Shown here one piece after another: positions 7,781 to 16,706 of a DNA stretch of 21,471 nucleotides. Location: NCBI GenBank assembly GCA_036574205.1, contig JAINCQ010000033.1, positions 1 through 21,471 of the forward strand, written 5' to 3'. The first letter of the stretch is position 1; each line of letters begins with the position of its first letter. The notes under the pieces are model-generated. The model saw nothing but the letters and a program-made list of their open reading frames with translations, was not told where the DNA came from and searched no databases. This stretch comes from Elusimicrobiota bacterium. GTDB taxonomy: Bacteria; Elusimicrobiota; Elusimicrobia; Elusimicrobiales; UBA9959. Both the position numbers and the translations under genes were made by a program.

Positions 7781-9349
7781 ATGAGTAAGAAAAAGATTAT
7801 AATAATTGGAGCTGGACCTGCTGGACTTGCCGCAGGATATGAACTTGTAAATCATAAAGATTTTGAGGTTTTTATAATAGAAAAATTAAACATACCTGGC
7901 GGAATAGCAAGAACAGAAATATATAAAGGAAACAGAATGGATCTTGGAGGACATAGATTTTTTACAAAATCAGACAATATTTTTAAAATATGGACTGATA
8001 TCCTTCCGATTCAGGGTAAGCCATCAAAAGATGATATCATAACAGGTAGATATAAATCAATGAAATATAGCGCCAGCGGGCCAGACCCTGAAAAAGAAGA
8101 TAATGTAATGTTGATAAGAAAAAGAATATCAAGAATTTATTTTATGAAAAACTTTTTTGATTATCCCGTATCTCTAAATTATAATACCATAAAAAATCTT
8201 GGTTTATCAAAAATAGCAAAAATATCATTAAGTTATTTAAACTCCAGAATAACCCCTATCAAAAATGAAAAATCGCTTGAAGATTTTTTTATAAATAGAT
8301 TCGGGAAAGAACTATATAAGCTTTTCTTTAAAGACTATACAGAAAAGGTATGGGGAATGAGATGTGATAAAATAAAACCAGAATGGGGAGCGCAAAGGAT
8401 AAAAGGCTTATCTATATCATCAATAATAAAAGATATACTCTTAAATGCCATTTCAAAGAAATACAAGCACACCAAAAAAGTTGAGACAACCCTTATAAGA
8501 CAGTTTTACTATCCTAAATTTGGCCCGGGTCAGATGTGGAATGAGATGGCAAAAAAAATAGAGTTACCTGGTGGAAAGATAATAAAAAACACAACAGTAA
8601 GCAATATTGAAATAAAAGGGAATAAAATAGTTTCATTGACTGCCATTAATAATGTCACTGGCGAAAAAACAATCTTTGAAACTGATTATGTGATATCGTC
8701 AATGCCAATAAAAGATCTAATAAACTCTATAAACAAACCAGACGAAACGGTAAAAAATATTGCAAATGAATTATTATATCGTGATTTTATTGCTGTCGGC
8801 TTGCTTGTTAAAGAGGTTAAAATAAAAAATGAGACAGCAGAAAAAACTATTAATAATATTCTACCTGATAACTGGATATATCTTCAGGATAAGGGGGTAA
8901 TTGCAGGAAGGTTACAGATATTTAATAACTGGAGTCCATATCTTGTTAAAGATCTAAATAATATATGGCTTGGTGTTGAGTATTTTTGTTTTGAAAAAGA
9001 TAAATTATGGAATTTAAACAATTATGAACTTATAAACCTTGCCATAAAAGATCTTTCAAAAATAGGAATTATAGGTAAAAACGACTTTATAGATGGATAT
9101 GTTGTTAAAGCTGAAAAAGCTTATCCAGCGTATTTTGGTGGATATGAAAGATTTGATGGGATAAAAGAATATCTTAACTCAATTGAAAATCTTTATCCTG
9201 TCGGCAGAAACGGTATGCATAAATATAATAACATGGATCATTCAATGATAACTGCAATAGAATCAGCTAAAAATATAATCGAAAACCGTAAAGATAAAAA
9301 CAGAATCTGGAATATCAATATAGAAAAAGAATATCAGGAAGAAAAATAA
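7781..9349 (+). CDS. NAD(P)/FAD-dependent oxidoreductase, protoporphyrinogen-oxidase-fold / UDP-galactopyranose-mutase-like
   Basis: IIIGAGPAGL, GGIART, DLGGHRFF, YTEKVWG, FYYPKFGPGQMW, WIY, AYPAY and GRNGMHKYNNMDHSM. Confidence 0.8.
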   Translation: MSKKKIIIIGAGPAGLAAGYELVNHKDFEVFIIEKLNIPGGIARTEIYKGNRMDLGGHRFFTKSDNIFKIWTDILPIQGKPSKDDIITGRYKSMKYSASGPDPEKEDNVMLIRKRISRIYFMKNFFDYPVSLNYNTIKNLGLSKIAKISLSYLNSRITPIKNEKSLEDFFINRFGKELYKLFFKDYTEKVWGMRCDKIKPEWGAQRIKGLSISSIIKDILLNAISKKYKHTKKVETTLIRQFYYPKFGPGQMWNEMAKKIELPGGKIIKNTTVSNIEIKGNKIVSLTAINNVTGEKTIFETDYVISSMPIKDLINSINKPDETVKNIANELLYRDFIAVGLLVKEVKIKNETAEKTINNILPDNWIYLQDKGVIAGRLQIFNNWSPYLVKDLNNIWLGVEYFCFEKDKLWNLNNYELINLAIKDLSKIGIIGKNDFIDGYVVKAEKAYPAYFGGYERFDGIKEYLNSIENLYPVGRNGMHKYNNMDHSMITAIESAKNIIENRKDKNRIWNINIEKEYQEEK

Positions 9350-9351
9350 AA

Positions 9352-10662
9352 TTAATTATTTTCTTTCTTCACCTCAAAATATTTAAGCCCAAATTTTATC
9401 TTTTTAGCCTCTAAGCGCAGTGTGTATGGAATAAAATTATCAAGAAAAAGATATTGAACTTTTCTATTTCTGGATTTTATCTCTGAAACTTTTTCCATAA
9501 TAATCTTTGACTCTTTTATCTGAGACTCTATTGTCACAATATCTTCATCTTTTATATTTTGAGGATCTTTTAAATATTTAATTACAAACTCATTAAGAGT
9601 TTTGTTAAACTCTGACATTTTTAACAAAATTTTATTATACTCATTGGTTTTATAAATATATTTGTGCAATATATGAACTAGAAAATCATAAAAACATGAA
9701 AAATCCCGTCTTCCCATAAATCTGCTAATCTCAAGAATATTTTCTATAAAGGTAGATTCTTTTTCAATATTATCAATTGATTTATAAATTAAAAAAAATA
9801 ATCTATTAAAATCTTTATTAGTTGTCTGTAAAAAAGTTAATTTTTCTATCTCCCCGGCCGCAATATGAAGCAAATCAATAATTTTTAAATTTAAAGAAAT
9901 TTTATTTACTATCTTTTCAGCCATTCTATACTTAATCACAAGCGCTTTTAGCGCAAGATATTTTGATACCTCATAAAATTTCTCTTTAAGTTTTTTTGCC
10001 TGCTCTTCTGTTATTTTTTTATTACCCTTTATTGATGATACAAAAACACTAAAATCTCTATATTTTTTTTTGCTAAGTAAGATAATATCATAAAGGTCAT
10101 CAACCTCATATTTCTTAAGCTCTTCGTTAATAATATCTATTTTTCTAATTTCTTCAATAAACTTTTCAGAATTTATATTCATATAATTATAAACAATATC
10201 CTTCTCAGAACTTTTATCACTTAAGTGGCTTAAATCAATAGGAGAATATTCCCTGTCTCCTTTTTCACCTTCAAACATCAATGAGGAAAGAAATCTTTTA
10301 GATTCCTCGTTTAGTCCTTCCTCTTTAGATGCAAACTCCATTTTATCTATGAGTTCCTTGAATTTTGGATGTATTCTATATTCATATCTCATAGTTTTTA
10401 CCGAATATTCACCTGTTTCTTTAATAATCTCACTGAAAAGTTCCGCGGCTTTTTTGGGATTTTTTTCTATCCATAATATAACATATTCCCTTAACTGAGC
10501 ATATGTATCAAAGTTATTAGTTACTATCCCCTCATATTTTTTCTGCTCTATTATGTTATCTGCGACTATACCCCTAAAAAATTTATCTGTCAGTATCCTG
10601 TTATATATATCTTCAGATGTTTGTGAAAAAAGAGATATCAAAAAAAATAGTAGAAAAATCAT
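9352..10662 (-). CDS. Hypothetical protein, 436 aa, probable signal peptide, helical/charged composition
   Basis: Long ORF in an AT-rich context; ATGA overlap with the upstream PLD gene; hydrophobic N-terminus MIFLLFFLISLFS; no motif recognised. Confidence 0.8.
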   Translation of the reverse strand: MIFLLFFLISLFSQTSEDIYNRILTDKFFRGIVADNIIEQKKYEGIVTNNFDTYAQLREYVILWIEKNPKKAAELFSEIIKETGEYSVKTMRYEYRIHPKFKELIDKMEFASKEEGLNEESKRFLSSLMFEGEKGDREYSPIDLSHLSDKSSEKDIVYNYMNINSEKFIEEIRKIDIINEELKKYEVDDLYDIILLSKKKYRDFSVFVSSIKGNKKITEEQAKKLKEKFYEVSKYLALKALVIKYRMAEKIVNKISLNLKIIDLLHIAAGEIEKLTFLQTTNKDFNRLFFLIYKSIDNIEKESTFIENILEISRFMGRRDFSCFYDFLVHILHKYIYKTNEYNKILLKMSEFNKTLNEFVIKYLKDPQNIKDEDIVTIESQIKESKIIMEKVSEIKSRNRKVQYLFLDNFIPYTLRLEAKKIKFGLKYFEVKKENN

Positions 10663-11795
10663 AATAGATTTCTAAAAATATACATAAACTGGCTCATCAT
10701 TTTGGTAGATAGCGGCATACGTTTTATATAATCAAGGGTCAGTTCTTTAGAATTTTTAAGATCTTCCTCAAAATTTCCTTTCATCTTTTGACCAATTTTT
10801 TCATCAAATATATTTATATTTAATTCAAGGTTATAATGAAGACTTATACGATCAAGATTATGAGAGCCGATTGAAACCCACAGACCATCTATAACTGCTG
10901 TTTTTGCATGAAGCACCTCTTTCTGCCACTCATAAACCTTTACACCATGCCTTATAAGATGTTTGATGATAGCCATAGATGCTATTCTTACATAAGGATG
11001 ATCTGTTTTAGAAGGAAGAATTATTTTTACATCCACCCCTCTTATAACAGCTCTCGTAAGACATCTATATATAAGTCCATCTGGCAAAAAATATGCGTTA
11101 GTTATATATATATAATCCTTTGCATTATCCATTGCATATTTATAGCTTCTACGAACAGAGTGAATATTTCTCATCCCAAACTCCCAGGCTAAGGAAACCG
11201 GGATATTACCCTCTACATAATCATCTGGCATTATTTCAAAAAAATCCCCCCCACAATATACCCAATTGCTTCTAAATATGTTTGACACGCTCAAAACCGC
11301 CTGACCCCCAAATTTAACGCCAAGGTCTTTCCAGTTCTTTCCAGAAAATGAATATGGCGCATAATCCAGACTTAAATTAAAACCACCAACTATTGCTTGA
11401 GAAAAATCGGAAATTATAATTTTTCTATGATCTCGTCTAAACCATTTTCTGATTGAACTAAAAATTTTTATTGGATTATATTCTATAACTTTTATCCCAT
11501 TTTTCTTTAACTCCTTAAAATATTCCTTTGATGTAAGCATGGATCCAATACTGTCATATATAATTCTGACCTCAACCCCTTCGGAAACTTTTTTAATAAG
11601 AAGATTTTTAATTTCAATCCCAAGCTTATCATCAGCTATTTCATAAAATTCTATCAAAATGCTTTTTCTTGCTTTTTTTATCAAATCAAAAATACAATGT
11701 ATAAACTCCTCACTTGTATTTAAAATCTCTAAATCACAAGCATTGATTATAGAAGATGGATTAAGGCAATATTTTTTTATTCTATAAAGGTCCAT
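10659..11795 (-). CDS. cls: Phospholipase D family cardiolipin synthase, ClsB-like (no N-terminal TM helices)
   Basis: Two HKD motifs (RRDHRKIIISD and LHAKTAVID..W..IGS.NLD), plus ITNAYFLP and WKDL. Confidence 0.85.
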   Translation of the reverse strand: MDLYRIKKYCLNPSSIINACDLEILNTSEEFIHCIFDLIKKARKSILIEFYEIADDKLGIEIKNLLIKKVSEGVEVRIIYDSIGSMLTSKEYFKELKKNGIKVIEYNPIKIFSSIRKWFRRDHRKIIISDFSQAIVGGFNLSLDYAPYSFSGKNWKDLGVKFGGQAVLSVSNIFRSNWVYCGGDFFEIMPDDYVEGNIPVSLAWEFGMRNIHSVRRSYKYAMDNAKDYIYITNAYFLPDGLIYRCLTRAVIRGVDVKIILPSKTDHPYVRIASMAIIKHLIRHGVKVYEWQKEVLHAKTAVIDGLWVSIGSHNLDRISLHYNLELNINIFDEKIGQKMKGNFEEDLKNSKELTLDYIKRMPLSTKMMSQFMYIFRNLL

Positions 11796-11868
11796 ACATT
11801 TATTTTACATTTTTATATATAGAGAAATGTTTCTTTGATCCAATACCTTTTTGAACTTAAAAATCAAG

Positions 11869-13356
11869 TTAATTATCTTCTTTAAACCGCCATGGCATAT
11901 ATCTTCTTTTTCGCAAATTCAGTTCATAAATAGACCGATAATCTCCAAGCACTTCATAAATCCTTTCAAGTTTTCTATAACTTTTTTTATAATACGGATT
12001 TATAATAAGAATACTTTCAAGAGTTTTTGAAAGTTCGCTTAAAATTGATACATTACCTTTATTATGTAAAAGAAGTACTTCAAGAACCTCAACTTTTCTT
12101 AACAGAAGGTCTATATTTGATGGATATTTTTTAATAGAGATATCAAGAAATCTTATGGCAATATCATATTTTTGATTCTCAGTTAATTCTAAAGCTATTT
12201 TGTTCCTTTTTTCTATATCAAGATATCTAATAGAAAAAAATATCCATAAGGTCATAATTCCAGAATAAAGTAAAATAATATACCGATTAATCTTACGATA
12301 TCCATCCCCTAATTTAAATATTAAAATATTTCTTCCAATAGCTTTTGCGCAAATATACATAAAAAGCCACCATCCTGCTGTAGTATTTAAACCAAAATCA
12401 AAAAAACTATGCAACATAGCAGCTATCAATGCATAATGATAAAATCCTTTTGCTGATTTCACTAATAAAAAAATGAAATAAAACCAGAAAATACAAAATA
12501 AAACCCCGTTTTCTACCAGAGATTCAAGAAAATAATTATGGGCATACACTGACTTAAGCAAATCATCTGAAAATGCATCTATAAGATGAGTAAAAGATGA
12601 ATATCCCCATCCAAAAATCGGTTTTTCTATAAACATATAAAAAGCAGATTTCCACCAATTTAATCTATCCATAATTGATTTTGTTTCTATATTATAAAAA
12701 AGAAATGAAATGAGTAGAATTACGATAATAACAGTAATTTTATTATTTTTTAAATCCAGATTGTTTCTATTTTTAAAACCATAATAAAAACTCACGGTAA
12801 GTACTGAAAACATTGCAGCCACAGATCGAGTAGCTATAAAAACAGCAAAAAGGAAAAGCGCAGGATAATATTTTTTTTCATCAAGCAAAAATCCTATTAT
12901 GAGTATGCAGGATAAAGCCAGCATATTGGAGTTTTTTGTGGTCGCAACCACATCATCCCCACTGATTATATTATACATTGAAGCGATAACTATTATAAAA
13001 ATAAAAGGATAGAAATATCTTACATCATCCCTGTTATCCTCAACATTTAATGCTATAAAAAATATTATAAATCCGGAAAGGAAATTTATATACTCTATAG
13101 CTATAATATTTTTTATAGGGCTTAGCGCAAAAACAACTATGCTTAAAAAAATTGACAGCAAAAAATATCCATAGTTTTTGGGAAGTAAAAAATATCTTCT
13201 TTTTGCAATATTAAATATAGAAAGTAAAAAAAGAACAAAAACAATACTATTTAGAAAAATAAAAATCTTTAAATTCCACCACCCCATAAAAATAAGTGAG
13301 ATGAAAGGCAAAAAAGCTATTATTCTTACAGGATTTATTTTTTCCAGAGAAAGCAT
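11869..13356 (-). CDS. O-antigen ligase family (Wzy_C) polytopic membrane protein with C-terminal TPR-like region; possible protein O-oligosaccharyltransferase
   Basis: Many TM segments; N.N.LA, TRS, R...WKSA..MF.EKPIFGWG..SF, YAHN.FLE.LVE.G and LHSFFDF motifs; helical C-terminal tail (AIRFLDISIKKYPSN, ILIINPYY). Confidence 0.8.
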   Translation of the reverse strand: MLSLEKINPVRIIAFLPFISLIFMGWWNLKIFIFLNSIVFVLFLLSIFNIAKRRYFLLPKNYGYFLLSIFLSIVVFALSPIKNIIAIEYINFLSGFIIFFIALNVEDNRDDVRYFYPFIFIIVIASMYNIISGDDVVATTKNSNMLALSCILIIGFLLDEKKYYPALFLFAVFIATRSVAAMFSVLTVSFYYGFKNRNNLDLKNNKITVIIVILLISFLFYNIETKSIMDRLNWWKSAFYMFIEKPIFGWGYSSFTHLIDAFSDDLLKSVYAHNYFLESLVENGVLFCIFWFYFIFLLVKSAKGFYHYALIAAMLHSFFDFGLNTTAGWWLFMYICAKAIGRNILIFKLGDGYRKINRYIILLYSGIMTLWIFFSIRYLDIEKRNKIALELTENQKYDIAIRFLDISIKKYPSNIDLLLRKVEVLEVLLLHNKGNVSILSELSKTLESILIINPYYKKSYRKLERIYEVLGDYRSIYELNLRKRRYMPWRFKEDN

Positions 13357-13391
13357 ATCACAAAAAGATCAAAAAGATTAAACCACCAAAT

Positions 13392-15134
13392 TTACTCAAC
13401 TATCTTTGGCGTGACAAATATCAAAAGTTCCATTCTTGTTCTTTCCTTTCCCTTTTTCTTAAACAGATATCCAAGAAGTGGTATATCTCCAAGTAGAGGA
13501 ACTTTATATTCGTAATCATTTTCATAATCATGTATCAATCCACCTATCACTATTGTCTCACCATCCTCAACAACAACCGTTGTATCGGCGGTCCTTTGAT
13601 CCACCGAAGGTGGGGCAAACTCAGCAGTTTGAGAAGGTTTAGAAACAGTTGGATTAACCTTCATCAATATCCTGCCATCCGATGTTATAGTTGGCAATAC
13701 CTTTAGAATTATTCCTGTGGTTATATAGGTTACCTTGCTGGATGTAACCGAATTTCCTGAAACATAGGTAATATCCTGAGTTACATATGGAGTTTGATTT
13801 GTTATGTTTATAGTAGCCTCAGTATTATTTAATGTTGCTATCTTAGGATTTGATAGAATTTTAGCTTTGCCTTTTTTAGCAGCAGCGGATATAACCGCAT
13901 CAAACATAAAATTAGAGGTTATCCTTCCAAATCTAAACGCTCCATATATCTGATCGGCAGGCAATTCAACCCCTGATCCTCCAGTTTTAGCATTAAGGTT
14001 TGCGCCTGTTCCAGTATAGCTCCCGCTATATCCAGGAGTAATACTTTTTTGATCCCCCCATTTTGAAGTAGGACCTATAGAATCAGTAGGGCTATTTGCG
14101 CCAACATAATTTCCACCGTGGCTGCCTGATACAGACCATTGCACCCCGGTATAAAGCCCGCTGTCAAGGTTTACTTCAACAAGCTTTGCTTCTATTATAA
14201 CCTGTTTAGGCATTCTATCAAGTTTTTTTACCAACCTTTCAGTAAGATCAAGTCCAAAAGGTGTATCTGTAACTATTAAGGCATTGTTTGTGGTATCAAC
14301 ATTACATTTTGAAGTGGTTCTTCCCTCAGCCTGAGCAATTGACTCTATCTGAGTTTTTATATCAGAAGCTTTTACATAGTTAAGGAAAAAAACCCTGGTC
14401 TGAAGATAGGAATTTTTCTGTTCATCTAAAAGTTTTTGAGGGGTTGAAATCTTTATTATATTGTCTCCAACCTGCTGGGTAACAAGCCCCTTCATATTTA
14501 AAACTGTCTTAAAAACCTCATCAAACGGAACCCCTCTTAGCGAAAGAGATATTACCCCAGAAACATCACTCTGAAATATCACATTTATGCCAGCTCTTAA
14601 AGCAAGTTCAGTAAGTACATCTCTTATATCAGCATCCTGATAATCCGTATCTATTTTATATTTAGGAAGATTGTCAATTATATCTTTTTTTTCAATACGA
14701 AAAGTTTTTTTTGCCGACTCAGTTTTAGGAGGAATTACTTTTGCTTCTTTTAAAATACTCTTATCAATAACCTTTTCCTCATTTTTAGCAAAAAGTTTTA
14801 TTATTAATTCAGTATCAGTTTCAGAAATCTCATATAAAAGTTTTTTATATCCTTCTATAGTAATTTTCGAAACTGAGGAAGAGGATTGAGTTGTTGTTAT
14901 CCTTTTCACCATATCTGAGGACACTGGTTGGTCCTGAAGCGTTTTAAGTGATGAATTTGAAATCTCAATTACCAGAGAATAAGGATTTGAAACCTCTTTT
15001 ATAAAATATTTAATTTTTCCAGCAGAATGCTTTATGATAACCGAGTCTTTCGAGAAATCTACTTTTTCAATATACATCTGGGTATAGGCTGAAGTTGAAA
15101 AAATAAATAAAAAAAGTGCTTTTATTATATTCAT
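13392..15134 (-). CDS. pilQ: Type IV pilus secretin PilQ (AMIN-like, N domains, secretin domain)
   Basis: YQDADIRDVL, QVIIEAKLVEV, ILSNPKIATLNN, GIILKVLPTI, DGETIVIGGL, VPLLGDIPLLGYLFK, ELLIFVTPKIV; last gene of the pilMNOP run. Confidence 0.92.
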   Translation of the reverse strand: MNIIKALFLFIFSTSAYTQMYIEKVDFSKDSVIIKHSAGKIKYFIKEVSNPYSLVIEISNSSLKTLQDQPVSSDMVKRITTTQSSSSVSKITIEGYKKLLYEISETDTELIIKLFAKNEEKVIDKSILKEAKVIPPKTESAKKTFRIEKKDIIDNLPKYKIDTDYQDADIRDVLTELALRAGINVIFQSDVSGVISLSLRGVPFDEVFKTVLNMKGLVTQQVGDNIIKISTPQKLLDEQKNSYLQTRVFFLNYVKASDIKTQIESIAQAEGRTTSKCNVDTTNNALIVTDTPFGLDLTERLVKKLDRMPKQVIIEAKLVEVNLDSGLYTGVQWSVSGSHGGNYVGANSPTDSIGPTSKWGDQKSITPGYSGSYTGTGANLNAKTGGSGVELPADQIYGAFRFGRITSNFMFDAVISAAAKKGKAKILSNPKIATLNNTEATINITNQTPYVTQDITYVSGNSVTSSKVTYITTGIILKVLPTITSDGRILMKVNPTVSKPSQTAEFAPPSVDQRTADTTVVVEDGETIVIGGLIHDYENDYEYKVPLLGDIPLLGYLFKKKGKERTRMELLIFVTPKIVE

Positions 15135-15631
15135 AACTTCTCCTTTAATTTCTCATTTTCTTTTATATCCATAATGAGTTCTTTTTTCTGCCCATTTTTT
15201 GTGTTATATAGTAGAATAGCCTTTCCTCTTATCTCTCCCCTTATATCTTTAATTATGTTCTTTTTTATATCATAAACCTTGCCATTTCTAAGAATAAATA
15301 TGCTACCGCTAAAATTATCCTTTAATAAAGCCTCCCTAAAATCAGATGATTTTATGATTCCGCTTAATGAAAATCTATCCAGATCCAATATAGAAGTTGA
15401 GATATTCACAGTATAGCTTGAAAATTTTAAATCATATTTTAAAGTGGTTGGACCCATTATCTGTGAAGCAACCATTGGATTTCTTGTCACAAATGGTTTA
15501 TAAATTTCTTTAACAGAAGAAGCGTTTGTGGAGATAACAACATCTTCTTTGATCCTTTGTGAAAAAGATGGTTGAACTAATAACATCAACAAGGAAATAC
15601 TCAATAAAAAAATATTATTTTTTAAGTTCAT
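15131..15631 (-). CDS. PilP-like pilus assembly protein
   Basis: Lies between pilO and pilQ with 4-nt overlaps; Y.P...RNPM resembles the PilP RDPF motif; F.L.GII......ALL beta-domain pattern; signal peptide without a Cys. Confidence 0.62.
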   Translation of the reverse strand: MNLKNNIFLLSISLLMLLVQPSFSQRIKEDVVISTNASSVKEIYKPFVTRNPMVASQIMGPTTLKYDLKFSSYTVNISTSILDLDRFSLSGIIKSSDFREALLKDNFSGSIFILRNGKVYDIKKNIIKDIRGEIRGKAILLYNTKNGQKKELIMDIKENEKLKEKL

Positions 15632-16164
15632 AGAGATTGATACGAAACAAGCACAAAGTTGACATTGGATGTTTCACCTCCCGGTATTAAAACATTTTCA
15701 ATATTTAAAATCCTTTCCTGAATAGCTATCTCTGAGAAAAATCTTCCTATATCATGATAACTTCCAGTGATAGACATATTATAAGTTATCCTTGAAAAAA
15801 AATCGCCTTTAGCTACATTCGCCGGCGAAACTGATATTATCTTCACAGAATATTTATCAGCAATAATCTTTACAGACTTTATAAGGTCTGGCATATTTTG
15901 TTCTTTTGGAATCTTTTTCTCAAGATTTATTTTCTGTTGGGATAATTCTTCGCGAGTTTTGTTAAGGTCTCCATATTTAGACATTTTTTCTTCCGCTTCC
16001 TTTATCTCGGATTCTATTCTCTCAGTATTTTTTTTAATATCTAAAATCTTTTTTGATATCGGGAGCCAAAACTGAAAAACATAACCATAGATAAAACCAC
16101 CTGCTATAATTATACCACCAAGAATTTTTGCAAGAAGCTTTTGATCTACGTTAATATTATTCAT
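15628..16164 (-). CDS. pilO: Type IV pilus assembly protein PilO
   Basis: Single TM helix, coiled coil, then IP.E..MPDL and GSYHDIGRFF..I....RILN. Confidence 0.88.
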   Translation of the reverse strand: MNNINVDQKLLAKILGGIIIAGGFIYGYVFQFWLPISKKILDIKKNTERIESEIKEAEEKMSKYGDLNKTREELSQQKINLEKKIPKEQNMPDLIKSVKIIADKYSVKIISVSPANVAKGDFFSRITYNMSITGSYHDIGRFFSEIAIQERILNIENVLIPGGETSNVNFVLVSYQSL

Positions 16165-16706
16165 AAAACGTAATTATATTTAAACTTAATCTGCGTATTA
16201 TAAAAACTTCCATTAAAACTTATACTTTCTATCTTAAGCTCAGAATACCTTTTTTTATTTTGCTCTATAAAGGCATACCACCACAACATATCCTCAAGCG
16301 AATTAGAATTTAAGTTAATAATCACATCCAAACCATCAACTCTTGTTTTAGTATCTATTCCAGAAAACCAGACAGTTTGCGGAAGATTATTTACCAGATC
16401 CTGCATAAACGCTACATAAAAAAACCTGTTTTTGCTTATCTTTTCAACCGCAGATATATATTTTTTAATATCTTCTATTTCTTTATCAATTTTTTTTGAC
16501 TCATCTATTTGTTTTTGAAAAAAATTTCTTTTTGCTTCGAGGTTTTTATAATTCAACTCAAGACTTTTAAACTTATGATAATGAAAGAAAGAAAGTAAGG
16601 ACAAAACAACAATAACTGTAATTGCAATAAGAATTATCTTGGCGACTAAAACGCTGGAATATATCTTTTGAACATACTTCTTTGGCGCAAGATTTACTTT
16701 TATCAT
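16161..16706 (-). CDS. pilN: Type IV pilus assembly protein PilN
   Basis: N-terminal IKVNLAP (INLLP-type PilM-binding motif), TM helix, coiled coil, LPQTVWF. Confidence 0.85.
   Translation of the reverse strand: MIKVNLAPKKYVQKIYSSVLVAKIILIAITVIVVLSLLSFFHYHKFKSLELNYKNLEAKRNFFQKQIDESKKIDKEIEDIKKYISAVEKISKNRFFYVAFMQDLVNNLPQTVWFSGIDTKTRVDGLDVIINLNSNSLEDMLWWYAFIEQNKKRYSELKIESISFNGSFYNTQIKFKYNYVL

Noticed and set aside
3050..10071. A/T homopolymer runs of 8-9 nt as phase-variation sites
   Set aside because: They are expected in Lys-rich, AT-rich coding sequence, and all reading frames are intact.
13361..13378. Tandem CAAAAAGAT x2 between pilQ and the ligase-like gene
   Set aside because: Two 9-bp A-rich copies are unremarkable in this base composition, and I cannot support a regulatory role.
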